Notes under the pieces: model-generated
Told to the model about the DNA's origin: nothing
The model's input: the letters and a program-made list of their open reading frames with translations, nothing else
The model's database searches: none
Translations under genes and position numbers: made by a program
Assembly: GCF_006345805.1 (NCBI RefSeq)
Contig: NC_042998.1
Span: 122,016,001-122,080,000, forward strand
DNA from: Octopus sinensis
Taxonomy: Eukaryota
Reading direction: 5' to 3'
Length of the DNA stretch: 64,000 nucleotides
Shown here: positions 39,339-53,909 of the stretch, one piece after another
How the letters are laid out: each line of letters starts with the position of its first letter
Position numbering within the stretch: position 1 is the stretch's first letter

Positions 39339-41869
39339 ATATATATATATATATATATATGACGGTATGTTTAATAATTTTCAAAGAGTAATATATTTCT
39401 GTTATTCTCAAAAGAAAAGGTTGACAATTGAAACTTCGGAGTTACTGACAACCATTTTTGCTGTAAAAATAATATGCGCGCACACACACACACACAAAGA
39501 ATTAGAGAGAAAGAGAAAGGGAGAGAGAGAAAGAAAGAGAGAGAGAAAGGGAAAGAAAGAGAGAGAGAGAGAAAGGGAGAGAGAGAGAAAGGGAGAGAGA
39601 GAGAGTTGGGTTAATACAAAAACTACATTACCATATATACATTACTTAGCTACATTGATAGTAAATGATATTATGATGCTGCCTTCCTTAGTTTACTTTA
39701 TTCATTTTCATTCTCTTTTCATGGAGAAAGGTAACCTGGCTTTTATAAATGTTACATGCTGATATCCATCATAAACAAACTGGACAGATCTCACTGCGTC
39801 TTGTTTAGATTCATTTGGAGCAGATCAATCTAATTTGAAGTTGAGAATAACCTTAGGCTTGCACGTGGGAGGAAAACATGTTTATTTTAATGTTCTGACT
39901 CACTAATGAGAGCTTAAGACACACGAAAATGGAGAACAGCCTAAATTTGGAAATTAATTTTCTCCAGTGCCATTGTTCATTCTGCATATCTCTTTCAAGG
40001 TGAGATGCATAATGACACCAATACGACCCTGAACTTGTACTGTGAACATTTTATCAAATTAAATATGTAAGCAAAATTTGTGTAAGCCAGTCTCTGAAAA
40101 TGAACGATGCATTTTCCAGGGCACTGTATGTAACTATCTTGAATAATAACAATAATGGTTGATTAATTCCAGGTCAGCACTGACCAGACAGACTTATGTC
40201 AGGATTTGATCTGTGATCATACAGCTTTTCTTCTCCAAGATTTATTAAAAGTGTTTTTCTATTTTTAAGATGGTATGATCGTGATTTCAGGGAGATTTGG
40301 TTGTGATTTCTAGCCGATCAAGTACCAGTGCATAGATTTTCTCATTGGTTCATCTATAATAAGTTGTATAAGCTAGTCTCATTGATAAATAAACTCTTCA
40401 AAGATTAGAACATTAAACCTTTCAAGACAATAAATTGACAGATTGTTGACAGAACGAATAGTGTCTATGGCATAGAACTATTATAATTCTAAAATTACTG
40501 AACTTAGATCACCACTATTTTCTATTCTCTGTCAATTAAGCTACTCTAAATAAAGTAATAAATAAAATAGAAAGAAAGAAACACCGCTGTGTTATGACTA
40601 CTTTGAGTGGAAACTGCTTACATGAAAGTTATTTCAGTAAAAGCAAAAAAATAGAAACCAAATAATAAAAAGCAGACTGAAAGTAATATGAAAGTTGTAC
40701 ACTCCCACTTCGACAATAATTAATTAGCAAGACAAAATGATTTCTATCGTTTACAAAAGATGCTAATCAGAAATTGGGCAATTAAAACGACAACCTGATT
40801 AGTTGCCTGGCTCAGCAAAAGTACTCTTTGATAGCATCTCTTTAATTTACTTTGGATATTATCTGAGTGAGAACAGCACCTGCCATTGATTATTTCTGTG
40901 GTTCACCACTAATTCCACTCCAGCCATCAACTAGAGGGATAACAGTGCACAAACTAGCATCTTAGTAGTTGACTGTATAGGTAGAATTGTTAGTGTTGGG
41001 TGGAATGTCTAATGGTACCATTCCAACATTCTGTGCCCTTAGTTCAATTCCCATTGAGGTCAACAGTGCTTTCATATTTTCAGGATCAATACAAAAGTAT
41101 CACCCTAACAGTGCATGACTTTTATTCCTTGTACCACAGAATGATATGAGATCTGTACTGGATTGTTGTTTTGTTGTTGATGGAACTGTAAGAACATCAG
41201 ACCAGGTCCCTTCCAGTGTTAGTCATAGATCTTTGCATTCTGAGTTCAGATCCCACAATGATCTACTTGGATGATAGACTAAATGCATTGCTTAATTTAA
41301 CATCACCACCTTGAGTGCCTTTAGAAGAGTTCACTTGGTGACAAGCTTTTGAGCAAGGATTGAGGCTACATTCCTTGCACCCTCCTACCAGTTTTGGGCA
41401 CTGCCTTTCCTCTTGAGAGAGAAAGGGAGAGAGAGAGAGAGAGGGGGGGAGAGAGAGAAAGAAAGAGAATGAGAGAGAGATGGGGGGAGAAAAAGAGTGT
41501 ACAAGTGGAACACATTGCTTCAAGTAAGTTCTATAAATCGATGACTTGTAGAATTTCAGTCGACACCTTCCCAGTAAAATGTGTTGAAAAATGACCTTCC
41601 ATTCTAGGTTTATGGCTTATAGGAAAAAGACAGAGTTAGAGAAAACGTTCCTCAATACAGTAAGAGGATAGTAAACAAATGTGTAATCTTGAAGTAGATA
41701 ATCCAATGTACTATTTTTCCAAAATACTGAGATTTAATTTGAGGGAAATTTGGTTGCTATTTCTATTGTTTAATGTCCATTTTCCAATGCTGGCAAGTAA
41801 CCACATAGATGTTCCAACATTGGTTATCTAGTCTTTATTGTAGGTATTTTGTTTTAAAAACCCTTCACG

Positions 41870-42140
41870 AACAATACCACAGCATTAGGCCAATGCTGTC
41901 TCTCTTCTGCCTTTTTCTATTTTTACCAGAATGGCTTCTGTTACTCAAGGCTGTCTGGTCTCATGCTATCTTCACTCAGGCACTCCAAACTCATCTTTTC
42001 TCCTTTCATAACCCATGTTATAGACAATCTCTTGCCCCCCCACCCATACTAACCACTAGCCCTTTCTCTCTAGAATTCCTCCCATGTTTATCTTTGCCCA
42101 GAAAGTATCAAGAAGAACATTAGTGACATGAATCTCACTA
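41870..42140 (+). mobile_element. CR1-group LINE ORF2 C-terminal relic
   Basis: Frame-shifted translation resembling QH..NAVSLFCLF/YFYQNGFCYSRLSGLM..KKNISDMNL, similar to the HRRxVxSLCLFYRYxxGxCS motif of CR1-like elements as I recall it. Confidence 0.55.
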
Positions 42141-45100
42141 GTGTTGGAAAGCTTGCAAAGGCCATGGTTACTCTCTTCAGACCCAGGGATTAAAAGAAAA
42201 AAAACCTTTGAAACATATGTTGCTCCCATATCAAAGCTAGAAGTTGAGTGATATGAAGAAGATTTGAATATTTGGTTATTATGTTGAGCATGTCACTGCA
42301 ATTAAAAGAATTTTGGTACCTGGTTCAATTAGTTGGTTACAAGTCATTCTAAGTATAATCCTAAACTGATATTCATTCAATGTTTAAAAAAGACAGTCAA
42401 TGTTTAAATAATACAGTCCTTGACATGAATCATGAGACTTGTAAGACAAAAAAAAAATACTGATTTAAATATACATAAGATTTTTCTAGATATGATTGAA
42501 AAATATTATGTGGAACACCTTGAATGAAAGGCTACTTTGAGGAGAAAGAACAACATTATTTATTACATACACAAAGTGGTGTGTCAATAATTTTCTTGTA
42601 TAAATTGCTGAAGAAAGGAAAAACTCTAATTTATAATTGCATCAGAACATAGACATACACTCAGGGTGAAGTCTATTTTCCCCTTTTTATATATCTATAT
42701 TTCTTTCTTTTTCATATCAACAGATATAGACACACAGACAATATACACTTCCAAAATGCACACCAATACCTACACACTAGTATCTATCTACACAATAAAA
42801 TATTGTATCTTTAAATATTAATGAATACCTAACAGTAGTCGTTGCAATAATTATTGCTTTCCACTTGCGGTTTTTTAATTTTTTTTTACTTCCTTTTTTT
42901 TTTAAACTGAAGTTTTCACAGTTGTTCATACTGGTTCTGCAGCTGCTGATTAACCAATCACATTAGACACAGAATAAGAAAACTTGTACAGTGATCAATA
43001 CAAGGAGTCATTGTTTAGAACAAGAACAACATAAGATGCAAAAAATAAAAATAAGCAAGTAATAACAACTGCAGCAGCAACAAAAATATTCAGAGAAACC
43101 CCACTCTACCTAACTATACTTTTAAACATTATGAGATGAGGAAAGATGAATAATAACAATAAAAAGAAGCAAAAACAAAAAGCAACAAAAGGAGAGAATT
43201 GAGAGGAAATGAGAATTTTAACATATTTATTTCAAAGAAAAATATATACAATGAGTTCTTCAAGAGAATAGTTTGCTAATGATGTAGTAGCTAGCTCTTA
43301 ACAATCAAGGTTTCACAGTTATTCAAAAAGCTAGAGGTATGTATTAAAAACATAAATTTGCAGAAGTTATAACTACAGTGTTGTCTGTACAACTATTAGA
43401 AGGGAATGTTGTAGTGTTAGGGTTTATTCGACTTGACGAGAAGATGATAACAGGTACAAAGAAATAATTTTGAAGTACTAATGTTTTGCAAATATAGTAG
43501 AAACCAAAGTGAATTTTCTGTAAGGGGAAAAATAGGGAAGGCTATGATAACTGTAAGGATATGAATGAAAACTAATAACTGAGCTTCAGTGTGAATGGAA
43601 AGTATCACATCACTGATGGAGAAGCCGGTCTTATTTTACTTAATGCACCAAATCATAGAGGTAGCACTCAAAGACTTCTTGATGAAATGTATCTAGAGTA
43701 ATGCCTTTCTAGTTTAAATTATAGGTTTATTTGATAAATAAAAGTGATTTGATCAATGAATATTTTACCCTTTGATGAAACATTTCCAGTCCACCAATTA
43801 AGATATTAGTGACACATGTAATTCACTGGGTCATCATTATAAAACCACCAAGAAAACTTTGTTTTTATGTAGTGTTAAGAACCAGATAGTTGACCAAGGA
43901 AAATGTATAATCTTCAAGGGAAGATTTGGTTTCAGTACAAAAATCTAATAAAACTCTCACCAGTTACACAGTGCTCCTGCTGCTTAATATACCTTACCAA
44001 TCAACAGCTAGGCTACTTGGAAGTAAACTTTCTGGTTATGATCTCAGTGTAGGAAAAGTGACAAGACAAGCACTGAGTGAGTCCTTATTAGAGTGTTTGA
44101 CATGATATCTCACCACAGGAGATTACTACCTTCATAATTAAAGTAGTCAATAGAAGATCTCTTGGAGAGACTGCTATAAGCTTTGACAGAATAATGGATC
44201 TAAATTTGTTTGAGAGACCTAAATGTAGAATGCAGAGTTGTCCCTGAAGTTTGTTCAACCCAAGCCAGCTCTGACTGAACAGACTTATAATCTAGTTATA
44301 ATGATCCTTTCTTTTTGTGAACCAACGGTTAGAGTGTATAAAGTGTTCATCCTTACTTTTAACTCATTAAAATTTGATGTGAGAGAGATTTGCTGCTATA
44401 TCAAGCCAGTTATGTGACCATATAGTGGCTCTCTTATGGAAGATGGAGAGTAGTATGTGGAGCAATTATAAACCTATAAACTTGATAGAAAGTGGAATAT
44501 AATGGGTTTACTGCTTGGTAACTAGCAGAACAAATAAACATTGTTGTAAGACTGAAGGTAGAACGACTATTTGCTAGCTTAGTAGTGAAGCAATGCAGAA
44601 CAGTGAAACAACAATATGAATATATTAGCATAGGTAAAACGTGACTTTTAATTAATGACGATGATGACATTAAATTCCAGTGGTGAAGAAGTTCTTATAA
44701 CATTCAGAACTTAGCAAACTTTTGCTTGTTGGGAAGAGGAAGAAAGTTTAATATTAAATAGCTTGCTTTCTTTTTAATAGCTCACCGTCTTTCTGTTTAA
44801 CTGACATCAACCCCAGGAAGTGTTCTGCATACAAAATACAAATACAGAAGAGCTTCATGTATGTAATATCATGAGTTGGAAAACTTCCATTAACTGAAAT
44901 TATCCATGTAACTGATAGACAAAATCTCCCTCTTTGAGTGTTTAAAATCTAAAAAACAGCAAGTAAAGGAGAAAACTCTAATAAAATTAATTCAAATTTT
45001 AGTAAACATAGTAAAAACAATATGGGTGTGGATTGGGTTGTTAAACCAACTGATGAAAGCAACAGACATGTTTCAGCCTTATCAAATCTCTCTATCAAAG

Positions 45101-45659
45101 CATATTCTATTTAGTTGATAGATTTTATTGGGTTTTCACTCTTGCTTGTTGTTTTTAGATTTAAAACACACTTAGAGGGAGTTTTGTCTACTAATAAAAT
45201 GGATAATCCCAGTTAATTCAAGTTTTTCAACTCACTATATTAAATATGTGAGACCCTATTGTATATGTTTTTAACATGCAAAACACTCCCCTGAACATCA
45301 TTACATTATCTCTATTTCTGTATATATTTATCAGTCTTAGTCTTGTTGACTTAGCTGAGGAGATTTAATAGTACAAAAATGTGTTCACTGCATTCACCAA
45401 CTGCCTTTAGAGACCAGATCCTCTGCCTTACTGCTTTGAACATTTTCAAAAGTTTCAATTAACTGAATTTTATTAGGATTGTTTCCCATGCAATTTTAAA
45501 AAATTCTAAACACTTACAGGGAGTTTTCATCAACAAATTGCATAGGCAATCTCGGTTAATCAGAATTTATCAATTCACTAAATTATGTATTTGAAACCCT
45601 AACATGTTTGATATCAAGGCATATTCTCGATAGACTTCACTTCACTGCAATTAAATCAG

Positions 45660-45915
45660 CTATGCAAATAACACAATTATGCCAGTCATGCAAATATTAT
45701 AAGTACATTAGTTATGCAAATATCCCTAGAATATAAGAATTGTAAATTTTATGATTATATCAGTTGTATTTCATGAGTATATCAATGATGTAAATTTCGT
45801 AATTATGTCAGTTATGTAAATTTCAGGATTCATATATAATATAATTATGTCAAGCATGTAATATGACCACAAGAGTTGTACAAGAACACAATCATATGAG
45901 TTATGTAATATTATA
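45660..45915. repeat. Degenerate ~26-bp minisatellite with ATGCAAAT/ATGTAAAT cores
   Basis: ATGCAAAT at 45662, 45688 and 45714; variants at 45740, 45788 and 45814. Confidence 0.7.
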
Positions 45916-46009
45916 ATTACACAAGCTAGGAAATACCATGATAATATAACTTATGTTACATCATGATATTGGTAGTGTAATATCTTGATATTGATTTATC
46001 CCATGTGTA

Positions 46010-46047
<38 letters not shown>

Positions 46048-49000
46048 CATACATACATACATGCATACATACATACATACATACATACAAACAAACAAAC
46101 ATATATATATATATATGCAATGCAATTATATTGGACATAACATGATTATATCAGTAAGGAATAAGAGAAAATGAAGTCTAGCTCACTGATGAACCATAAA
46201 CTATATTATCATGGCAAAACAATATTGTTTTACACTGTGAGTGCAACAACTGAATGAAAGTGCTTCTGTACTGCTACTTGGCATTCTAGAAAAAGCAGCA
46301 ACTTCTTCTGATCACACGCTTAACTGTCTTAAAGGAAGAAGGCACACTAGATAAAGTCACCCTAGTATCCATAAAAATACAGAATGGTCACAGTTGGCAT
46401 GTCTTTGATCACAAAGAAGACTTGGGACTAAACAACAGTAACAACCATCTGATCATATTCTGTTTAGTTTTTAATCTGCTACATTGTAAAGCTAACTCAC
46501 ATACCATACACTGTACAATTGACTGACTTACTGCCCAAATTCTGACTGGTTATCTCACTAACACCCATGTCAGAAAAATCATACCTTGAATAAGAAAAAT
46601 GTCAGTGTTAAGTTGTTTTGAAAAATTCATCTATGAAAATAATATGTAAGTTTCTGTGCATATGTGTATGATGAATGCATTTGTATGTGTGACAAGAGTG
46701 TTTGTACTATTAGAAATGGCAACAGAAGCAAAATAAGAAATTCATAAATTATTAAAACCATAACTTTGATAGTATAAAATAGTGTGAAATACATTGAAAG
46801 ATATTTTACTATGTAGAAAAGTGCAATTAGTGTACCACCATTAGAGACGAAAGTCAATTAACACCCGACCTAACTTCTCCATGCATCGATTCTGCTTGGC
46901 TTAGCAGAAATAATTACCAGGCTTGCTAATGTAGCAGCCCAGAGGGTTGGTTAAGCTGGTAATTCCAGTAATGTGCTTAAGTAAAGTGACAGACTGTAGA
47001 TAAATTGAAATCCAGCTAATGAAGTGCAGCCGGTAGATTACTGCTAACACCGGTGCTGTTTCGTAAGCTGCTAATTTCAACAGAAGCAGTCAAAGACAAT
47101 AGCTTATGTCTATAAAAGCTATCAGATGAATACTATTGTTTAGAAGAGGCTAGAACAATAAAAACTGGTGCGTAATCTTTATGGTTCATGATTCACTTAA
47201 TACTATACAATACATTGAATGAATATTCCGTACCGAGAATTATGTGCAATAAATGAAGCAGGGTGAACTGCAGAGTTAATAGTACCTGCATATTGATGCG
47301 GACAGTGGCTACATACATTAGTAGTGTGTAAGACCCCAGTATTTGGTGTGCTAGGAAATAAGAGACATAACATAAAGCTGACTTCAAACATATCACATTT
47401 ATCACAGAACCAACAAGCCTGACTTCACACTCTGATCACACTAATGTTCATAGTTATAGATGGCTGAGTTGATGGAGGGTAGGCTTCAAGCTGATGATGG
47501 ACAAGAGAATATTTTAAAGCTTATGGCTTATGGGTTCAAATCTACTGTTGCTATTTCGTTCCCACTGGAGCAAGACACTTTATACAACAGTCTTTAGGTT
47601 ACTTGGCATTTGGAAATAGGTTTAAGAATTTCTGGAAAAGTTACTTGTGGAAGACTGGCGTATTATTCAGAAAGAGATTTTACCAATTTATTTAATACTG
47701 AAATCAAAGTTATGAACCAATTGGACATTTTGGATATACAAATAGATTAAATGGTGTTGTGATGTGTGAATTGCTGAGCCACGTCTTTCTTACTGTTTCA
47801 AATAAGCTTACAATAGATATGTATCATAGATAAGATCATCTCACTAGTAGAAGCATTATATAATTAACAAGTATTTTGTCATCTAGTACAACTGAGTTCC
47901 AAGTAGTTCTAAGATAATAGTGCAAATAACAGAAAACTTCATTGAGTATATTGAAACTGACAGGATCATTGGGAGGTTAAACTCTCAGTAAGACTGTCTT
48001 ATAGACAATAGATAAATGAATAATAGAGACTTCACTTTTTGCCAGAAAATCTCTAAGCATAATTTCATAAACCACATTTACATTTTCTTGAAAGAATCAT
48101 AGTAATTTCCCCACACAAGAATCCTCTGTTATAAACAGTTTTACACAGCAGAAACAAAATACGGTATTATAATTAAATAAATATATATTAGGCAAATGTA
48201 AATATTTTTTTCCCTTCCCCGCCAAAATGTATGACACTGCTTATAGCAGTGTTACAACCTTATAAATTATTTTTCTTCACAAAGTTTCATTATCAAGTTT
48301 CACTACCTTGCTATATGAGAGAACTTCTTTATTGTTTTTTGCTGTATGTATCTAAAAATTGCCTAGGAGAAAAAAGTTTGGTTACCATTGATTTCATCAT
48401 GATATTTTTTTTTCTTCTATTCTAACAACTTTTCCTTTTTGTTCTCCATTTTTTATATATTCTATTTTTCTATTTTTTATGCTCACAAAATATTTTTATT
48501 AATAATAAATGGAAAAACAAAGACTGCAGGAGGCAAGACAAAAGTCAAGAAGACAAAATTAAACAAAAAGGTTAAAACAAAAGATAAAAACAGAAAAGGC
48601 AACCAGGTAGATGAGTGCTAAATTTTCTATTTTTCTCAACAAATAATTGAATTAAAGATGTAAAGAAAATAGGTGCGACTATTTTGCATAAACTTTTAGA
48701 GAAAAAATTTGTTTACTGATAAATGTACAAGGGGGAAAAAAGAGAAAAGAAAGAAAGAAAACAGAAAAATGTAAAAGCAAACAAAAACTTGGAGGAGGGG
48801 ACCCAGAAAAGAGGAAAAGTGTTTATATGACAGCTGAAATGTGATAGAGATTTTGGTTAGTTGTGAATAGATGTATATAAAAAAGAACAAAAAAAAAAAG
48901 AAGAGAAAGTCATCTGTGAATCACATACTCAATGATTTAAAAAAAAAAAAAACTATAGAAACAAACTGAATCATCTCCCTCTCTTTCCTACCTATTTTAA

Positions 49001-51459
49001 TGTTTATATGTCATATTGATTACAGAATGGCTTATGATTGGTCATAACGGCAATCTAATGGATGCTAAGGTGATGAATGAGATTTCAGTCAGTGAAGTTT
49101 TCTCAGCTGCAACACTGAAGCTGAAGAGATTAATATTGAAATTTATGGGTGTTTTTAAATAGGTTGTCAATATGAACATTATCCAAGGCTAGCTTTATCT
49201 AAAGAAGAAACAGTAACATATATTTTCTTCTTTCCACCTAGTACATACAGTCACTTAACTTTATATTCGACACCTTTCATAGCTGGAATTTATTTTCCCT
49301 CTATTTTCAAGCAGACATCAATGAAAATCATTTACAGAAAATTCAGTCATTCAACTAAACTTCCTAGCACATTTGCATGAAAAACAATTTTAGTGATTTT
49401 TTTTTTATAAAAAAACCCCAACTTTTATATGCAACTATGCCAGGTTAGATTACTGGGGATGGTGGGGTGGAAACAACAGTGTAATTTGTGTTTTCTGATT
49501 CACTCCACTGAATTTCTTATAAACTTGACATTTGTAAAGTTTGTCTTGGAAAAGAAAAAAATATAACTTCTAATGGTTCTTTTCCATTATGAAGATCACA
49601 TACATGATATAGAGAACTACTTAATCTCTATAATCATTACCATCATTACCACCACCACCACCACCACCACCATCATTACATACTGAAAGATCAATAACAA
49701 AGCTTTGTGCTCATCTCTTGCCATCATTATCACACTCCCTCATCACTATTATTATCATCATTCATTGCATTGCCATCATTTAGCATATTAACATATTATT
49801 AGCATATTAGCATCACTGCACACTAAGGATCAATGCCACAATGATAAAAGAAATCTATTGAGTTTGGATGATTTGAAATCAAGTCTAGGTAACACCATTT
49901 CTAAGACAGAAAAATGATTGAAAAAGCTGTGTAATTGTTACCTTTAGATGGTGGATAAGTCTTTATCAAATATAACTAAATTGTTACAAGATTTTTTGTT
50001 GAACTTTACAAATGAGTTATGGTATAGGCTTTATATTGGAAGCAAAAAGAAGTGTTGGTATAACAACAACTATACTATCTCTGTTGCTAAAGATAAAATC
50101 TGACCATATCTTGAAGAAGATGTGGGTAAAATCAGCATTTTTAATGACCCATGCAAACAATTTTAATTGAGATAAATGTTTTTTGATATTGCAATTAAAA
50201 TAGTGATTTCCTTGATGTTGGATTAACAAAAGCCCTCTCTAAACCATGCTTGAATGTGTGTGTATGTGCAAATATTGTGTGCAATCAATGTAGCAAGTAA
50301 ACCAAATGTTGCACAAAATTTAAAACAACATTTGTTTGAAATAAGTGCATAGTTCACAGAGTTGTAAGAATAAATGGTCAAATATGGTGCCAGTTTCCAC
50401 TCCATTCAATTGTCTTTTATCCACCACTGGTTATTGGCCTATATGTCCATGACAATCAACAGTGTGATGGTCAGTAATGATTAGACTTGGCCATATCCAC
50501 CAAGATTCAAGGTGAAATTTGAACTTGAATGTGAAGAACAAATGCTTCAAGGCATTGGGGTTGATGCCAATCTAATGCTCTGAACTGATATTCTATTATT
50601 CAACCCTGAAAGGAGGAATGGCAAAGTTGATATCAACAGGTGAAAATGCAGAGAGCCAGAACAAATACACAAATCAGCTGATGCTCTAATGACTTTGACT
50701 GCTTTCCATGTATGTTTTTACTGTTTTTAATCATTGGACTATGGCCACTCTGGGGTACTAATCCATTACATTGATCTGCAGTAGTTGGCCGGTATTTGAG
50801 TTATTTAATTTAACCTGAGTGGTTTTGAACTTTTAACTGAAAGGGACATAACCAAATACTACATTCTACTGATTTCTACCAATTCTGCTAACCATTCTTT
50901 GTGATAGAAGGTATACAAATTTATTGATTTGTGAAGTACTTAACAGAATTATATCAATTTTTTCACGTTTAAATGCACTGAACAATTCAGTTCATAGATA
51001 TTTTGTCACTGGGGTAAGACAAATTGCTCATCATAACATAACCATTAAAAATGTGAGGAAAGTTTGATAGTAAATATAGAGCACAAAGAGATTTAACTTA
51101 GGGGGTGGAAAAAAAACAAAACAAACTTTAATATTCAACTTGCCAAAGATTATTGACTGTTTTAACGAGAAGATAGAAACTTTACATAAAGCATCATTTC
51201 TCGTAAACTTCATCTTTGATTCTAGACATAAAATCTCCTAAACAAAAACCATAGAGTGGTACTGAACAAGCTGAAACTGAATTTCACTTGAAATTGATTG
51301 ATTCTAAGGAATGCTGTATCCTTAGCACAGCTAAACTGGCTGTCAGTAGAAATAAACTGGTTTATTCTTGTTGAGTTATTAATTTTATTATAGTAACTAT
51401 TTTTGTTTTCTATTCATTCTTTCTTTATGCTATTTCATTCAATTCTTCGCTTTCATCAG

Positions 51460-51531
51460 GTAAGAATTGGTAAGCAGCTTTATTACATCCTCTTAGAGGG
51501 GCTGCACGAGAACCATATTAGATGTTCAGCT
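51460..51531 (+). CDS. Candidate 72-nt phase 0-0 exon (VRIGKQLYYILLEGLHENHIRCSA)
   Basis: Long pyrimidine tract ending tttcatcag|, donor GCT|gtaaga, and only one frame open. No homology recognised. Confidence 0.3.
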
Positions 51532-53692
51532 GTAAGAAACACGATACAGTGATAAGACTTAGTAAAGAGAGCCTAAGCTGTACGGAGATAGATACTGAAA
51601 TATTTGTAAAAATGCTAAAGACAAATGACAATGTATGATTATTTAGCAATGAATTTCAGTGTGAGTGTATATGAACATGTGTGCGTGTATGTATGTATAC
51701 CCATCTGTAAGTATGCATGTGATTGTTGATGGAAAGAAATTGAAAAGTACAGAGATAATTCTTTAGCAAAGAAATTATTATGATTGAAATTTGCTTTACC
51801 ATCTAATGAATGCATTCTAAAATGCACTTAGATGTCTTAAAATTGTACTTGTGTCATAAACTCATGTTGATAAAACTGGTGTCTTAGAATGATATCGGTG
51901 TCATAAAACTGCACTGATCCAACTATACTGATGTTATAAAACTGTACCTGAAAGCTAAACTCTTAAATATTGCAATTTTTCTTGTAAATTGTCTTGCTTT
52001 ATTTTCCACAAAGAATAATGAATGGCTAATTGTAAGAGTGCAGATTTTCTCAGCTGATAGTATTTTATGTTTCAAGAGATTAATTTTGATTGGACATGCT
52101 TTGAGAAGACTGTATATACTACTGGGAATATTTTTTTAATCACAACAATCAAGTTACAGAGCCCAATCATACTTTGGGAGCTTTGTAACGGACATATATT
52201 TCACAATTTAATGAGAGTCTAGCTACATGGTGTTCAAGATATAGTGAAACTGTTGACCTTGTCATGGATACAGACCAACAGTGCTGGCAGATTCATCAGT
52301 ATTGCAAAGATAACTTCTTTTATGTTGTAGAAATGGATAAAAAAAAAGAAGATAGATTGTAGCTTTTTATTAAAACCTTCATTGGGGCAATCAAAGACTC
52401 CTGAGCTAGATGGAACCACCAGACTTGTCTGAACCACAAGAACACATTTTCACTTTGAACATATTTGATGTATATAAAGAACCTAGATAAATGTTTCAGA
52501 AAATAGTTGATGCTTATCTAAGTAAATATGCGCTTCCAAAGCAAAGTTTATAACATAAACCTTGCCGTAAACACAGAAAGAATATTATGAGATGAAATAA
52601 CATTAATTAGTCTGTTATTCTACACAAATGTTTCTATTATGATTGTTATATTGGCAAGTTTAATCTAACCTAGTCATCTTATCCTCAATCATATTTTCCC
52701 AACAATTTGTTTTCTCCCACTTCTTTAAAATAAGCTCGTTCAATATGAAATTAAACACTTCCATTAGTGTTGGGAGGCAATGAAAAAGAGGGAGAGAAAG
52801 GGAGGAAGAGAAGAGAGAGAAAGAGAGAAATTTTATCAGACCTGTTTCATCAATGCAAACCAAAGATTAGAAAGAATGTTCTTGAAAAGAATGCTGATGA
52901 CTGAAATGCAAGTCAGTGAATAAATATGTTATAGATAAAATCAGTAAATATAACCCACAAGTGCTTCAAATAAAATGCTTTGTTTTACAATGTGAACTCA
53001 AGGACTGAATGCTATAACCAGCTGGGTAATGAGGAAACTATTTCAAAACTTTGTCATATAATGTATTTTAAGAAAGCATGCTTGCCAGAGCCTATCCCAC
53101 ACTCAAGTAAATATCTGCCTGCCCATCTCATAAATCAGAGACTGTTATTTTACAGTTTCTATACATTTTGCTATATTGACAAGCAACTCACCTTGGACAT
53201 CTTTATACTGAAAATAGTTTTATCACAACCCGTTTATATTTTAGTTGTGCAAACCAAACATCACAGACAAGTGGCATAAAGTACCAAGGAGAAGAATATA
53301 AATAATATGGGTTCAAATGGATAAGAGGTTAATGTAATTCAAAAGGTAAATAATGGAAAAGAGATACAAATAACAAAACAAAAAAAAAAGCTCAACTTAT
53401 CATTATTGACGTAACACTTTAGTGTACATGTGACTAATGGTGCTGGCTATGTTGATGTATTAACATGGACAAGATCAAATGATAAAACAGAAAATTTTCA
53501 GTTTCAGTGTGATTAAGAATTACTATTTCCAACAGACAACTCACAGTTTTCTCAGATACTGTGTCTTACCAGTAAACAAAATAACAGAGAGTACATTGGT
53601 ACATTAGAATAGTAGAACCTGATCTTTTATTCTGACTTTGGTATACTGGCTGGATACAAAATAAGCTTTTCCTCATCTATCAATGAAATTCA

Positions 53693-53909
53693 TTGTCCAT
53701 GTGTCTGTTGTTGTTGTTGTTGTTGTTGATGGAGAAGCAACAGGAAATAAGTCAACTGTGCATCCTCTTATGAATCAGTAAATGAATATAAAGTATTCAT
53801 TGGAACACCATTGAATACTTCATATTCATCTAGTAATTCAAGGGAGGATACACACTTGAGTTACTTCTTGTTGCTTCTCCATCAACAACAACAACAGACA
53901 CAGGGACAA
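53693..53909. repeat. Fold-back inverted repeat, ~100-bp arms (MITE-like or hairpin)
   Basis: 53693-53799 versus 53812-53909: about 13 mismatches plus a 3-unit TTG length difference by hand alignment. Confidence 0.9.

Noticed and set aside
41809-42123. 104-aa ORF
   Set aside because: Runs over a frame-shifted CR1-like relic.
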